64,000 nt of DNA from Alphaproteobacteria bacterium (GTDB lineage Bacteria > Pseudomonadota > Alphaproteobacteria > GCA-2731375): assembly GCA_965225945.1 (NCBI GenBank), contig CBDDBZ010000038.1:192001-256000 (forward strand), given 5' to 3'. Of this stretch, positions 21,525-33,590 are shown piece after piece (within the stretch, counting starts at the first letter, position 1; each line of letters starts with the position of its first letter). Both the position numbers and the translations under genes were made by a program. The notes below the pieces were generated by a model that worked only from the letters and a program-made list of their open reading frames with translations, was not told the origin of the DNA and made no database searches.

Positions 21525-23777
21525 GTGCCGCGTCCCGCGCTCGAGGTCCAGGACATCTTCCGCGACCACGGGCCCGGCTTCCGTCGGGCCCGGGCCGGTC
21601 GTCTGAGCCTCGGCCAACTGAAGGTCATGTCGGCGATCGAGTGTTGCCGCACCGCCGCGCTCGGCGGTCATGTCGCGGCCTGCGAGGACTGCGGGCAGAA
21701 CCACATCGCCTACAATTCCTGTCGCAACCGCCATTGTCCCAAATGCCAAGGCCAGGTCGCGCGCGAATGGCTGGCGGCGCGAGAGGCCGAACTGCTCTCC
21801 GTCCCCTACTACCATCTCGTCTTCACCCTGCCAGCGGCGATCGCCGACATCGCCTATCAGAACAAGTCGGTGATCTACGATATCCTGTTCAAGGCGAGCG
21901 CCGAGACCATGCTCACCATCGCCGCCGATCCCAAGCATCTCGGCGCCAAGATCGGCATCACCGCCGTGCTCCACACCTGGGGCTCGGCCATGACCCACCA
22001 TCCCCACATCCACATGATCGTGCCGGGTGGCGGAATCTCACCTGACGGTAGCAGTTGGATCTCTTGCCGGCCCGGCTTCTTCCTGCCCGTCCGCGTGCTC
22101 TCGCGCCTCTTCCGCCGCCTCTTCATCGAGAAGCTCCTCGCCGCCCACGAGGCAGGGCGCCTGAAGTTCTTCACCGACCACACCAGCCTCGCCGAGCCGG
22201 CGGCCTTCCGTGTCTTCCTCGCACCGATGCGCAAACAAGAACCTGATTACGCATCAACCTCAGCCAATTTGAGGAGCCGATATGGCATGGGGGGCGTGCG
22301 CAGGGCGTCGCGTCCGAGGGCCTCGATCATGTCGGCGAGCCGGTAGCGGCGGTTATATCGGTATTGGAACGCCGCCAGGTAGCGCGGAACGTGTTTGGGC
22401 CGGATCGCATGGTAGGTGCCACGCAGGGTGTTCTTGAGATTGCCGAGGGTGGTGTTGACCCATTTGAAGGCCGGCACGGCGACGGCCCCTGGTCCGGAGC
22501 CGGTGGGTATCGGATGGTGGGCGCAGCCTTGCGCGGTGACCGCGGTGAAGCAGTTGAGCCCGTCGCTGAAGACGCTCGTCCCGGGGCTCAGGTCGCGCTT
22601 GGCCATCTTGGCGATTTCGGCCTTGCGGAAGCCCTTGACGCGGCGCAGCTTGATGCGCACGGGCTGGCCCTCCGCCGTGGTCTGGACGGCGGCGACGAAC
22701 GGCGTCTTGCCCGGCGCGCCCCGGCCGCGCTTGGCCCCGGAACGGCGGCCGCCGAGGTAGGCGTCGTCCATCTCCACCCGCCCGGTGAGCGGCAATTTGG
22801 CGTCGCGCTCGAGCATGGATTGCATCAGTTTCTGCTTGATCTTCCAGGCCGTGGTCTGGGTGACGCCGAGCCGGCGGCCGAGTTCGATGGAGGAGATCCC
22901 CTTCTTCGATTGGGTCATGTGATAGATCGCCGAAAACCACAGGGTCAGCGCCAGCTTGGTCGCGTGGAAGAGCGTGCCGGCGGTCAGCGAGACTTGATGA
23001 CGGCAGGCGGCGCATTGGTAGAGTTTTCGCCCGGCGATCTCGCAATGGCGCGTGGCACCGCATCGGGGGCAGGAGAAGCCCTCCGGCCAACGCCAGCGGA
23101 ACAGGGCCTCGCGGCACTGCTCCTCGGTGCCGTACATTTCACGGAAACGCGGCTCGCTGAGCCCCTTCTGGAACTGAACCTTGTTGCGTGGCATTGTGAA
23201 CCTCCAGAAAAACCACCAAATATTCACGATTTGTACCACATCAATCCGGCTGAGTAAGGTGCGTAATCAGGAACAAGAATGGGTCGTCTACGCCAAGCCG
23301 CCCTTCGGCGGACCAGAGGCCGTGCTCGCCTATCTCTCCCGCTACACCCACCGTGTCGCCATCTCGAACAGCCGCCTGGTCAGCTGCGACAGCCAAGGCG
23401 TCATCTTCAAGTACAAGGACTACCGGCGCAAAGGACGCGAGCGCTACAAGACCTTGCCCCTGGCCGTGCCCGAGTTCATCCGCCGCTTCCTCCTCCATGT
23501 CCTGCCCTCGGGCTTTCACCGCATCCGCCATTACGGCCTCTTCGCCAACGGCGGTCGCACCCGCAACATCTCCCTTGCCCGCGAACTGCTTGCCATGCCG
23601 GCACCGGAGAGTGAGGCCGACGATGCCGCGAGTGACGATGATACCGAACCGCCGTCCCTCTCAGAGCCCTGCCCGCAGTGCGGCGGCCGTATGATCGTCA
23701 TCGAGCGCTTCGAGGCCGGCGCCCAACCACGCGCCCCGCCCCGTGCACGGCCCCTGGCCAGGGCCACGGCAGCATGA
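21525..23777 (+). pseudogene. IS91-family transposase split by IS1595
   Basis: MRKQE|EWVVY junction across the insertion. Confidence 0.92.
22242..23271 (-). mobile_element. IS1595 family element (transposase 22247-23239)
   Basis: CCTGATT/AATCAGG ends, TSD AACAAGAA, zinc ribbon, VEMDDAY. Confidence 0.95.
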
Positions 23778-24174
23778 CCGACACCGCTTCGAATAACGCT
23801 ATTGCCGCCGCTCACCCGCGGCCACGATCCCGCTCGCCGCAACACCATCGAGCGCGCAGGGAACCACCTGCGAGACCCGCCGGCATCGACCCGAAGTCGC
23901 CATCAAACCACCCTGCCGGTGTCGTCGCCAATCAGATCCGAGCCATCCAGCAGCGCCGGCCACCCGAGAAAGCTGGCCCGCCGCTCGCAAATCCCCATAG
24001 ACCGAGCGTGCCGCACCGCCGAGCCTAGTCCTGCCCGCGGTTTCCTCCCTTGAGCGTTGTCCGACACCTGCCGATCCAGTCCGCCGGATGCAACCCCTGC
24101 GCCTCGGCAGGTGTCCGACAACGCTTAACACAACCGGACTGTGAGAGTTCTCTAATGCATTCCTGTGGGATCGA

Positions 24175-24639
24175 TCATGCCAACAGTTCTGGTTGCAATA
24201 GCCACGCGATTGTCCAGTTACCCGTCTCGGCACGTTCGAGGCAGGCCATACTCCCGGGCTGAAATGCGACCGTCTCAGCGGCATCGCTACCGACGATTAG
24301 GTGCGAGACAATCCGGCCCAAGAAGGGTAAATGGCCAACAACCAGTACGTTTTCTCGCCAACCCTCAGCCTTGTCGGCAAATGGTTCGGGCGGATCGTTC
24401 GGATCAATGCCGGAGGTGGCCGCGATGTCGACGTCGGGCCCTAACGCGAACGCGAGTATCTCTGCCGTTTGCTGTGCTCGGGCCTTACCGCTATGAAGAA
24501 TTCGTGAGAACTCCAGCCCGCCATGCGCTAGAAAGCCGGCAAGACGCTCGACATCATGGCGACCTGCCTCGCTCAGCGGACGGTTTGGATCCACTTCCCT
24601 GGGCAGGGCATCGCCGTGCTGAACCAGATAAAGCCTCAT
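24175..24639 (-). CDS. sixA: Phosphohistidine phosphatase SixA
   Basis: LYLVQHG, RAQQTA, VGHLP. Confidence 0.85.
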   Translation of the reverse strand: MRLYLVQHGDALPREVDPNRPLSEAGRHDVERLAGFLAHGGLEFSRILHSGKARAQQTAEILAFALGPDVDIAATSGIDPNDPPEPFADKAEGWRENVLVVGHLPFLGRIVSHLIVGSDAAETVAFQPGSMACLERAETGNWTIAWLLQPELLA

Positions 24640-24791
24640 GGCATGGAGGTTACCACCAATCTGCTTGAATTCTTACCATCCTCGCCGGCCGGTGCCTGAG
24701 ACGGCCGACGTCAACCTTCGATATGAATGCAACTGGGGCATGTCACCCAGAAGCCCTTGAGCCGATACAAGACCGGTCTCCACTTTTCGAT

Positions 24792-25151
24792 TCAGTTGCG
24801 CAAAGGCCTGGCAAAGCTAATCTCATGGCCGTCTGGATCGGTCAGGTGGAAGTAGCGCTCGCCCCATTCAGCGTCTTCAGGCGTGGTGTCCGGGTCGAGC
24901 TCGCTGGCCACGGCGTGCTGGTAGAGGGCGTCGACGTCAGAGACGTAAAAGATGACCCGTCCCCACCATGACCATTGGCGGCCCACCGGTTGGGCAATGA
25001 GGTTAAGGTAGCCCGTGCCGACCTGGAAGCTGGTGAACGATGCGTTCTCGCTGCCGTGGATCACCTCAAATCCGAGTGTTCGGTAGAACCGTACCGCCCG
25101 CGACATGTCGTGGGTCGCCAGCGTTATGGCACTGATGCATTCAATGGTCAT
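24792..25151 (-). CDS. VOC/glyoxalase family protein
   Basis: WGERYFHLTDPDGHEI. Confidence 0.88.
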   Translation of the reverse strand: MTIECISAITLATHDMSRAVRFYRTLGFEVIHGSENASFTSFQVGTGYLNLIAQPVGRQWSWWGRVIFYVSDVDALYQHAVASELDPDTTPEDAEWGERYFHLTDPDGHEISFARPLRN

Positions 25152-25254
25152 GCGCGCATCGTAGCAAATTTGCCGCCGAGTTTCGTTTGACGATCAAGGT
25201 CGCGCGTAGGCAGTGTATTGCTTGGCACCGCATTGGTAACCGGCGGCCTCATGG

Positions 25255-26172
25255 ATGTCGTTGCAGGCATTGAGGTTGATCCCAAGAGAGATTATCGCCT
25301 TGGCTAACCAACGACAGGACCATGGCGCGCCGCCGACCGCAGAGGTCGCGCCGATCCGCAAGATCAGGGCGCGGGGCGGCGTCGAGATGCCCGCGCTCGG
25401 CCTCGGCACCTGGAGAATGGGCGAGAAGAGATCGCGGCGGAAGCAGGAGATTGCGGCGCTCCGCCTGGGTTTCGACCTCGGCATGACCCTGGTGGACACC
25501 GCGGAGATGTATGCCGACGGCGGTGCCGAGGAGGTCGTCGCCGAAGCCGTCCGAGGGCGCCGCGACGAGCTGTTCATCGTCACCAAGGTTCTGCCGGAGA
25601 ACGCGTCCTACGAGGGCACGATAAAGGCCGCCGAACGGAGCCTGCGGCGGCTCGGCACCGACCGGATCGACCTCTATCTCCTCCACTGGAAGGGGTCGCA
25701 TCCCGTAGAGCAGACCCTCGAGGCGCTCGAACGGCTCGTCCAAGAGCAGAAGATTCGCCATTACGGCGTCAGCAACTTCCATGTCGCCGACATGGAGGCG
25801 GCCGAACGGCACCCGCTCGGGCCGGGCATCGCGGTAAACCAGGTCGAGTACAACCTGACGCGGCGCGACATAGAAGGGGACCTCTTGCCCTGGTGCATCG
25901 AACGGCAGGTCGCCGTGATGGCCTATTCGCCCGTCGGCCAGGGGCGGTTGACGGTGAAGCGGGCTCTAACCGCCGTCGCCCGCCGCCACGACACGACGCC
26001 CGAATGCGTCGCGCTCGCGTGGACGCTCCGTCAGCCGATGGTCGTGTCGATCCCCAAGTCGGCGAACCCAGACCACGTGCGAATCAACGCGAGGGCGGTG
26101 ACGCTCGAGCTGTCGAAGCAAGACCTGGAGGCGCTGGATCGAGACTATCCGCCTGCAGGACGTGGCGTTTAG
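25255..26172 (+). CDS. Aldo/keto reductase (start probably downstream)
   Basis: LGLGTW, DTAEMY, DLYLLHW, GVSNF, IPKS. Confidence 0.9.
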   Translation: MSLQALRLIPREIIALANQRQDHGAPPTAEVAPIRKIRARGGVEMPALGLGTWRMGEKRSRRKQEIAALRLGFDLGMTLVDTAEMYADGGAEEVVAEAVRGRRDELFIVTKVLPENASYEGTIKAAERSLRRLGTDRIDLYLLHWKGSHPVEQTLEALERLVQEQKIRHYGVSNFHVADMEAAERHPLGPGIAVNQVEYNLTRRDIEGDLLPWCIERQVAVMAYSPVGQGRLTVKRALTAVARRHDTTPECVALAWTLRQPMVVSIPKSANPDHVRINARAVTLELSKQDLEALDRDYPPAGRGV

Positions 26173-26280
26173 CCAAGGCTGTTTGCAATAAGGTTGCGGC
26201 TTTGCAGGGATTGGAGCAACAGGTTGGCAAGGCCCCTAATCCCATCGAGCCCATGAACGTACCCATCGGCCACACGAGTC

Positions 26281-26393
26281 GTCGTCGCGAGCGAAGCGTG
26301 GCGAGCCAGGGCCGCGCGCCCGGCGCTTCGAGGTTTTGGCGCGGCTTCGACGCCTACGGGATCGCCACACTCGCTTCGCTCGTTCGCGATGAC
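26281..26393. repeat. REP/RPE-like long hairpin
   Basis: gtcgtcgcgagcgaagcgtggcga...tcgccacactcgcttcgctcgttcgcgatgac. Confidence 0.7.
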
Positions 26394-26675
26394 GTCGAGA
26401 AGCGGGGAAGTCGATGAGTCATTTCGCAGGCTCGCCGGTATAACACCGGGCGATGCATCGCGGAACGCCAATGGGCGTATAGTGACCCGATGTGGTCAAT
26501 CGGGCAGCCCCGCCTTGCGTAAAGCGTTCGCTTCGGCGGCTGCCAGATCTTGCCCCTGCACCGGATATCGACACAGATCCGGCTCCAAATTGTCGTCGCG
26601 AGCCCAAGTGGCTACTCTGATGGTGGGACCAGCGCATGATTCAGGAATTTCAGACGGGCCATCGTCGGCCAAGAA

Positions 26676-27986
26676 ATGGGGAGTGAAACCGCTTTGAGTG
26701 GGCCAACCAAGCGTGACGACGGACCGTTCCGGCGCCAGCCGTTGCCGACGCGCTTCTGCAACCTGGAGCGGCTGCTCGACGCCTTGGTAGGACGCGGGCT
26801 CGACGGCATCGTCGCCACCGCCCCCCAGAACGTCTTCTACCTCTCCGGCTTCAACGGCATCGCCCACAAGTCGGACGAGCCCCGCCCCTATGCGGTCATC
26901 GTCTCGCGCCACGCGCCCGAGCACCCGATCATGGTGATCGCTGACTATTATCTGGCCACGTTCCTGGCCCAGCCGACCTGGATCGAGGATATTCGGCCGT
27001 TTCGCGCGGTGATGATGGGCCTCGATCTGGCACCGACGCCCGGCGACATCGACCGATTTATTCCCGCCGCCGGCGCCACTGTCGATTGGCTCGCTCGGGC
27101 CAGGGATCGCTATAGGTTCGACATGGGAAGCGCCATCCATGGCGCTCTCAAGGAACTCGGGCTGATGCGCGGCCGCGTCGCCTTCGACGATATGGCCTTC
27201 GGTTTTCGTCTTGGCCTCGACGACGTCGAGGTGAGCGACGGTTACGACCCGCTGATGGCCGCGCGGGCGGTCAAGACAGAGGCCGAGCTCGGCTTGATCG
27301 AGCGGGCCACGGCACTGAACCAGATGGCCATCGAACGCACCGTCGCGGCCTGGAGCAAGGGTGTCACCTGGCGCGATCTCAATCGCGCCTACCACAAGGC
27401 AGCCATCGAGCTCGGCGGCTTCATCCGCGATCCCGGTGCCATGGTCTGGGGTCATCCGAGGGGCACCGACCCGGCGCTGACGCTGCAGACCGGCCTCGAG
27501 GACTTCGACGTCGAGCCGGGCACCCACGTGCTGTTCGACTGCCACGGCACGCTAGACCTCTACTGCTGGGACGGCGGCAAGACCTGGGTCGTCGTCGACG
27601 CACCGGGCGCCGTCTCGAAGCATCACGCCGCAGCCGTCGGCGAGGTCGCCCAAGTCCTCCTCGAGACCATGCGCCCGGGCATCAAGGTGAGCGAATTGCA
27701 AGCCCTGGGCCGCGAGACCTTCCGCAAATGCGGCGTGCCCGACGCGGCGGCGGCACTCATCTTCTTTCACGGTCTCGGCCTCTCCCACATGGACTTGGAG
27801 CTGACCACCGCGGAGGGTGAGCCGAATGGCGACTGGACACTGGCGGAGAACATGGTCGTGCCCCTGCACCTGCTCTACCCCGGCGGCGAGCGGGAGCGCG
27901 TCTGGCTCGAGGACGTGATCGTGGTGACAGCGAGCGGCGGGCGCGCCCTGTTCTCTTGGGGCTTGGATCCGTTCATCGCCGCTTGA
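26676..27986 (+). CDS. M24 (Xaa-Pro peptidase/creatinase) family protein
   Basis: Creatinase-like N-terminus, VKTEAE, HGLGL, LED. Confidence 0.8.
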   Translation: MGSETALSGPTKRDDGPFRRQPLPTRFCNLERLLDALVGRGLDGIVATAPQNVFYLSGFNGIAHKSDEPRPYAVIVSRHAPEHPIMVIADYYLATFLAQPTWIEDIRPFRAVMMGLDLAPTPGDIDRFIPAAGATVDWLARARDRYRFDMGSAIHGALKELGLMRGRVAFDDMAFGFRLGLDDVEVSDGYDPLMAARAVKTEAELGLIERATALNQMAIERTVAAWSKGVTWRDLNRAYHKAAIELGGFIRDPGAMVWGHPRGTDPALTLQTGLEDFDVEPGTHVLFDCHGTLDLYCWDGGKTWVVVDAPGAVSKHHAAAVGEVAQVLLETMRPGIKVSELQALGRETFRKCGVPDAAAALIFFHGLGLSHMDLELTTAEGEPNGDWTLAENMVVPLHLLYPGGERERVWLEDVIVVTASGGRALFSWGLDPFIAA

Positions 27987-28250
27987 AGGAACGCTGGCCT
28001 CAGCGGCGTCATGGGCGAATTTATGCCTTGCCCACAGAAGGATGGTACAAGAACCGATTAACGGCCTACGACCGCTGTCCTTTCCGAAAATCACATCCGC
28101 ACGTCGGCATGGTGGAAGCCATGAAGAATCGGAACGGCAGTGATGCGACCAGATAGCTGGGGCTGGCGACAACGAGGAGCAAAATCCAGACGCGCTTAAA
28201 GTGCTCATGCACGAGGGTCATATGAAAACGCAGCACCATTTCTGGCCGCT

Positions 28251-29363
28251 CTAGTCGTGCCAGACCCTTCGCACGGTTTCCGAAAGCAGCTCGAGTTTGC
28301 ATTGCTGTTCCTCAAGGGAGAGATTGTTGCCGACGATGGAGGTGGCGAAGCCGCACTGCGGGCTGAGCGCCAGCCGTTCCATGGGCACGAAGCGACTGGC
28401 TTGCCTGATGCGATCGATGAGCGCGTCCGCCGTCTCGAGGTCGGCGCGCTTGGTCGTGAGCAAGCCGAGCACGACCACCTTGTCGTCGGGCACAAAACGC
28501 AACGGCTCGAACGATCCCGATCGTTCGTCGTCGTATTCGAGCAACAGCCGCTCCGCGCTGACGCCTTCGAAGATCGGTTTGGCAATCAAATCGTAACCGC
28601 CTTCGACCAGCCAGCGACTGCCCTGGTTGCCGCGACAGAGGTGGAAGCCGAAGGTCACTTCCGGAAAGCCTTCCATGACTGCGTTGTCGAGAGCGATTCC
28701 CAAATCCAGCCACTCGTCCAGCGCCCAGCCCCTAGTTTCGTAAAAGGCCCGGGTCTTGGGATCCAGCATCAGGGGATAATGAGGTGCGTCGATTTGGATA
28801 TAGACGGCGCCGAGACGGGCCAGTTCCTCGACCTCGTCCCGCAAGATCGCCACGACATCGGCCAGGAAGCTCTCGAGGTCGGCGTAGGCCGCGCTGGAGC
28901 CCTCCGGCGACCAGAAATTAGCGAACAGGCCGGGGCTGGGCAGGGTCACCTTGGGAATTCGGGTCGTCCGGGCCCTGAGGTAGACGAACTCTTCCGCCGA
29001 GAGATGGCGTTTACGCCTCAGTCGATCGACGACTCCCAGGTTTTCCGGCCGCTCGCGACGCCACTCGCCGAGCGTATCGTCGCCATGCCACTCGCCCCAG
29101 AGAAAGGCATCGATGTCCCAATCGCCAAAGCCGTCGACGGCCTGAACCAACTGACTCTGAAACGAGAGCCGGCGCATTTCGCCATCGGTGACCACCTCGA
29201 GTCCCGCCGCCTCCTGCAGCGCGATCGCCTGATCGACGGCACCGTCCTCGATCCGCTTGAACTCCGCCCGCGTCATGTGGCCCTCGGCCAGCGCCGTCCG
29301 CGCCGCCAGCAGCTCGGGCGGGTGGAGCAGGCTTCCGACAACATCGGCGTAGGCGGTGATCAT
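28251..29363 (-). CDS. Cobalamin-independent methionine synthase II family protein
   Basis: VGSL, TDGEMRR, HLCRGN, LSPQCGF. Confidence 0.9.
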   Translation of the reverse strand: MITAYADVVGSLLHPPELLAARTALAEGHMTRAEFKRIEDGAVDQAIALQEAAGLEVVTDGEMRRLSFQSQLVQAVDGFGDWDIDAFLWGEWHGDDTLGEWRRERPENLGVVDRLRRKRHLSAEEFVYLRARTTRIPKVTLPSPGLFANFWSPEGSSAAYADLESFLADVVAILRDEVEELARLGAVYIQIDAPHYPLMLDPKTRAFYETRGWALDEWLDLGIALDNAVMEGFPEVTFGFHLCRGNQGSRWLVEGGYDLIAKPIFEGVSAERLLLEYDDERSGSFEPLRFVPDDKVVVLGLLTTKRADLETADALIDRIRQASRFVPMERLALSPQCGFATSIVGNNLSLEEQQCKLELLSETVRRVWHD

Positions 29364-29637
29364 CGGACGCTCGGTCGGGGCGTAGCCAGATTCGGAAGTC
29401 AGGCGAATCAAGTGAAGCTGTCAGACCGGTAGGATACACTAAGCCCGAACAACGTCGCAGCGGAGAGTGCAACGATGAATGAGTTCGACGAAATCTGGGT
29501 CTGGGACGATGCTGCGGTCCGGGCCGCGCTAGGCTGGTATCTTGGGATCGATCGGCTCCATGGGATCCCCAAACCTAGCTGGTGCACGAGGCTCCCCATA
29601 TTTCAACGGATGGAATATTCGGAAAGGACACGGCGCA

Positions 29638-29760
29638 CGGCCATGAGGAACATGACCGACTTGCCGGCTGCATGAGGCGAGAAGAATTCCGTCACGTCGC
29701 CGTCAGCCCCATGGCCCCGCAGCCAAGTGCGTAGGCCGCCAGATAGACCTTGCCGCCCCG
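29638..29760 (-). pseudogene. Remnant of nitroreductase 3' end
   Basis: Degenerate copy of about 35115-35247. Confidence 0.7.
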
Positions 29761-29794
29761 GGATAAACTGGCTTCGGCGGTCGGATCGTAACGG

Positions 29795-32700
29795 CTATTG
29801 ATGGAACTGGTTCAACGCCGAACCAAGCCTGAACCATTCGAGCTGGGATTCGCCGAAGGAGTGATCCACTTTGAGGGTCTCGACGGTACCGTCGGAGTGC
29901 GTGACGATACACTCTATCGGCTTGTCGCGAGCCATGTCGGCCAGTCCAACGAGGCTTATGCGGTCGTCCTCGAGTATCTTGTCGTAGTCTGCGGAATTCT
30001 GGAAGGTCAACGCCAGCAGGCCTTGCTTCTTGAGGTTGGACTCGTGAATACGGGCGAAGCTGCGCACGATGACTGCGGCGGCGCCGAGCAGCCTCGGCGA
30101 CAGGGCGGCGTGTTCACGGCTTTAGCCCTCACCATAGTTGTGATCACCGACGACCACCCACTTCACACGCTCCGCCTTGTAGTGTCTCGCGATTTTAGAA
30201 ATTGCCTGACCTTCCTCTCTCGTCAGCACGTTCTTGCCGGTGCCGGCGTCGCCGGTGTAGGCGTTGGTGGCGCCCATGAACATGTTGTCGCTGAACTTGT
30301 CGAGGTGTCCGCGTAGGCGCAGCCAGGGGCCGGTGGGAGAAATGTGGTCCGTTGTGGTCTTGCCCTTGGTCTTGATCAGCACGGGCATATCCACGAAGTC
30401 GTTGCCATCCCAGGCCGGCCAAGGTTCCATCAGTTGAAGCCTCTCGCTGTTGGGATCGACCTTGAGCTCGATATCGCTTCCATCCTCCGGCGGCGCCAAG
30501 TAAGAGGACTGGCCCTTATCGAAGCCTTTTTCCGGGACCTCCGGGGCGGGTCTGGGAGGCGTGAATTCGAACGCCTCGCCATCGGCTCCGGTCAGGGAAT
30601 CGGTCAAGGGGTTGAACGAGAGCTTCCCGGCTATGGCAAGGGCGGTGACGATTTCGGGGCTGGCGATGAAATTCATCGTCGTCGGCTGACCGTCGTTGCG
30701 CCTCGGGAAGTTGCGGTTATACGAAGTGACGATGGTGTTGGGCACGTCCATCATCTCCTTGGCCCGGCGCCATTGACCGATACATGGGCCGCAGGCATTG
30801 GCGAGGACCGTGCCGCCGATTTCTTTTAGGGATTGCATCTGCCCGTCGCGCTCGATGGTCGCGCGCACCTGCTCGGAGCCAGGCGTGACCATGAAGGGCA
30901 CCGCCGAATTCAGGCCATGGGCTTTGGCCTGATCGGCTACGTCCGCGGCGCGGCTCATGTCCTCATATGATGAGTTGGTGCAGCTGCCGATCAGCGCCGT
31001 CGAGATGTCGTCGACGAATTCGTTGCCGGCGTTGGCGACCTCGGCCGCGAGCCGGGAAATGGACCGCGCGCGGTCGGGAGAGTGGGGGCCGACGACGTGC
31101 GGCTCGAGCTTGGAAAGTTCCAGCCTGACGACCAGATCATAATGTTTCTCGGGCTCGGCCTCGACTTCATCGTCCGGGGCCAGCAGGTGGCGGTGCTTCT
31201 CCGCTATCGGAACCAGGCCACCCCGGTCGGTGGCTTCCAGATATTTGGCTATGTGCGCGTCGTAGGGGAACATGGAAGTCGTAGCCCCCAACTCTGCTCC
31301 CATGTTGGTAATGGTGGCCTTCCCCGTGGCGCTGATGGTGCGGGCGCCGGGGCCGATATATTCGACGATGGCGTTGGTTCCGCCGGCCACGGTCAGTTCG
31401 CCGGCGACGTAGAGGATTATGTCCTTGGGCGCCGTCCAACCACTCATCTCGCCCGTGAGATAGACTGCGATATGCTTGGGATAAAGCACCTCCCACGGGA
31501 GTCCCGCCATCACTTCTACCGCGTCGGCGCCGCCAACGCCCACCGAGCAGGCCCCGAGTCCGCCGGCATTGGGGGTGTGGGAATCGGTGCCGATCATCAA
31601 CTCTCCGGGGAAGGCGTAGTTTTCCAGCGCCACCTGATGAATGATACCGGCGCCCGGTCCCCAGAAGCCGGCCCCGTACTTGGCCGCCGCAGAGCGAAGG
31701 AAGTCATAGACCTCGCTGTTTTCCGCCAAGGATTCTCTAAGGTCGGCGGCACCCTCCACTCTGGCCTGGATGAGGTGGTCGCAGTGGATGGTGGTAGGGA
31801 CGGCAACTTTGTCCCTCTTGGTCTGCATGAACTGCTGCATTCCGGTCTGTCCCAGCACGTCCTGCAAAATTACCCTGTCCGGGCGAAGGAACAGATAACT
31901 CTCGCCGGGTTCCATGTCTTGATTTTCAGGGTCGTCCAAGTGTCCCAGCAGGACCTTGTCCGCCAGGGTCAGATCTCTCCCCAACCTGCGGCGGACGACC
32001 GCGAGATTGCGCTCCATGGTGTCATAGATATTCCTGATTACGCACTAACCTCAGCCAATTTCAGGAGCCGATATGGCATGGGCGGCGTGCGCAGGGCATC
32101 GCGGCCGAGGGCTTCGATCATGTCGGCGAGCCGGTAGCGGCGGTTGTATCGGTACTGGAACGCCGCCAGGTAGCGCGGCACATGCTTGGGTCGGATCGCA
32201 TGGTAGGTACCGCGCAGGGTGTTTTTGAGGTTGCCGAGGGTGGTGTTGACCCATTTGAAGGCGGGCCCGGCGACGGCCCCGGGTCCGGAGCCGGTGGATA
32301 TCGGATGATGCGCACAGCCCCGCGTGGTGACGGCGGTGAAGCAGTTGAGCCCGTCGCTGAAAACGCTCGCCCCAGGGCTCAGGTCGCGCTTGGCCATCTT
32401 GGCGATCTCGCTCTTGCGGAAGCCCTTGACGCGGCGCAGCTTGATGCGCACGGGCTGGCCCTCCGCCGTGGTCTGGACGGCGGCGACGAACGGCGTCTTG
32501 CCCGGCGCGCCCCGGCCGCGCTTGGCCCCGGAACGGCGGCCGCCGAGGTAGGCATCGTCCATCTCCACCCGCCCGGTGAGCGGCAATTTGGCGTCGCGCT
32601 CGAGCATGGACTGCATCAGTTTCTGCTTGATCTTCCAGGCCGTGGTCTGGGTGACGCCGAGCCGCCGGCCGAGTTCGAGGGAGGAGATCCCTTTCTTCGA

Positions 32701-33105
32701 TTGGGTCATGTGATAGATCGCCGAGAACCACAGGGTCAGCGCCAGCTTGGTCGCGTGGAAGAGCGTGCCGGCGGTCAGCGAGACTTGATGACGGCAGGCG
32801 GCGCATTGGTAGAGTTTTCGCCCGGCGATCTCGCAATGGCGCGTGGCGCCACATCGGGGGCAGGAGAACCCCTCCGGCCAGCGCCAGCGGAACAGGGCCT
32901 CGCGACACTGCTGCTCGGTACCGTACAACTCACGAAAACGCGGCTCGCTGAGCCCCTTCTGGAACTGAACCTTGTTGCGTGGCATTGTGAACCTCCAGAA
33001 AAACCACCAAATGTTCACGATTTGCACCACATCAATCCGGCTGAGTAAAGCGCGTAATCAGGTGATATTTGCAGCCATCTCAGGAGTGGATTCTATCGTT
33101 GCCAT
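29795..33105 (-). pseudogene. Aconitate hydratase (mitochondrial-like), IS1595-split and with nonsense codon
   Basis: HCDH, DSHT, GSCTN, CGPCIG, TTDHIS; start MATIES at 33105; TAA at 30122-30124. Confidence 0.9.
32033..33062 (-). mobile_element. IS1595 family element, diverged isoform
   Basis: Same ends as 22242-23271; imperfect TSD tagatatt/tgatatt. Confidence 0.93.
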
Positions 33106-33202
33106 TTCCCAGCCATCCCAAAGCAATCTGAATTAACAAATCTAAAAGAGTCTTGAACTCACTCGCGGGCAAGGCTCTTTAAAACGGCACCTGCGCGTGT
33201 GC

Positions 33203-33590
33203 GAGCTATGGCCGAAAGTTGGTGATGGCCTGACCAGGCGGCGTTTTGGATTTTCCTGATTCCGTCCTCAAACCTCACGCCTCGGATGACTTCGGCGAGC
33301 CGATTGGATCCATTGAGCCTGCGCCATTTCTTACGCGCGCTCAAGAGCAACTTGAAGACCGTGGCGAGCGCCGTCTTCCGGCTGAGGCAGCCCTTGGTCT
33401 TTTCGGTCCTGAGCCGCACCGTGGGACAAGTGCTCTCGATCGGGTTGGTCGTGCGCAGGTGGTTCCCGTGCTCGGTCGGAAACGCGTAGAAGGCGAGCCA
33501 AGCGAACTCGGTCTTGGCCAGGCAGGCGACCGGCTTGTCATACTCAGGCCGTAGGCCCGATGAAGAAGTCGAAGGCCGCCTCCATGATCC
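33203..33590 (-). pseudogene. IS256 transposase C-terminal remnant
   Basis: LRTTNPIES, KTKGCLSR...KKWRRLNG. Confidence 0.75.

Larger units (their letters stand above)
20485..24130 (+). mobile_element. Tyrosine recombinase + IS91-like element, copy 2
   Basis: Near-identical to 8289-10897; first G of GAAC lies at 17781 beyond the intron. Confidence 0.9.

Noticed and set aside
30122-30124. Selenocysteine or pyrrolysine recoding
   Set aside because: Codon is TAA, and the gene is independently disrupted.
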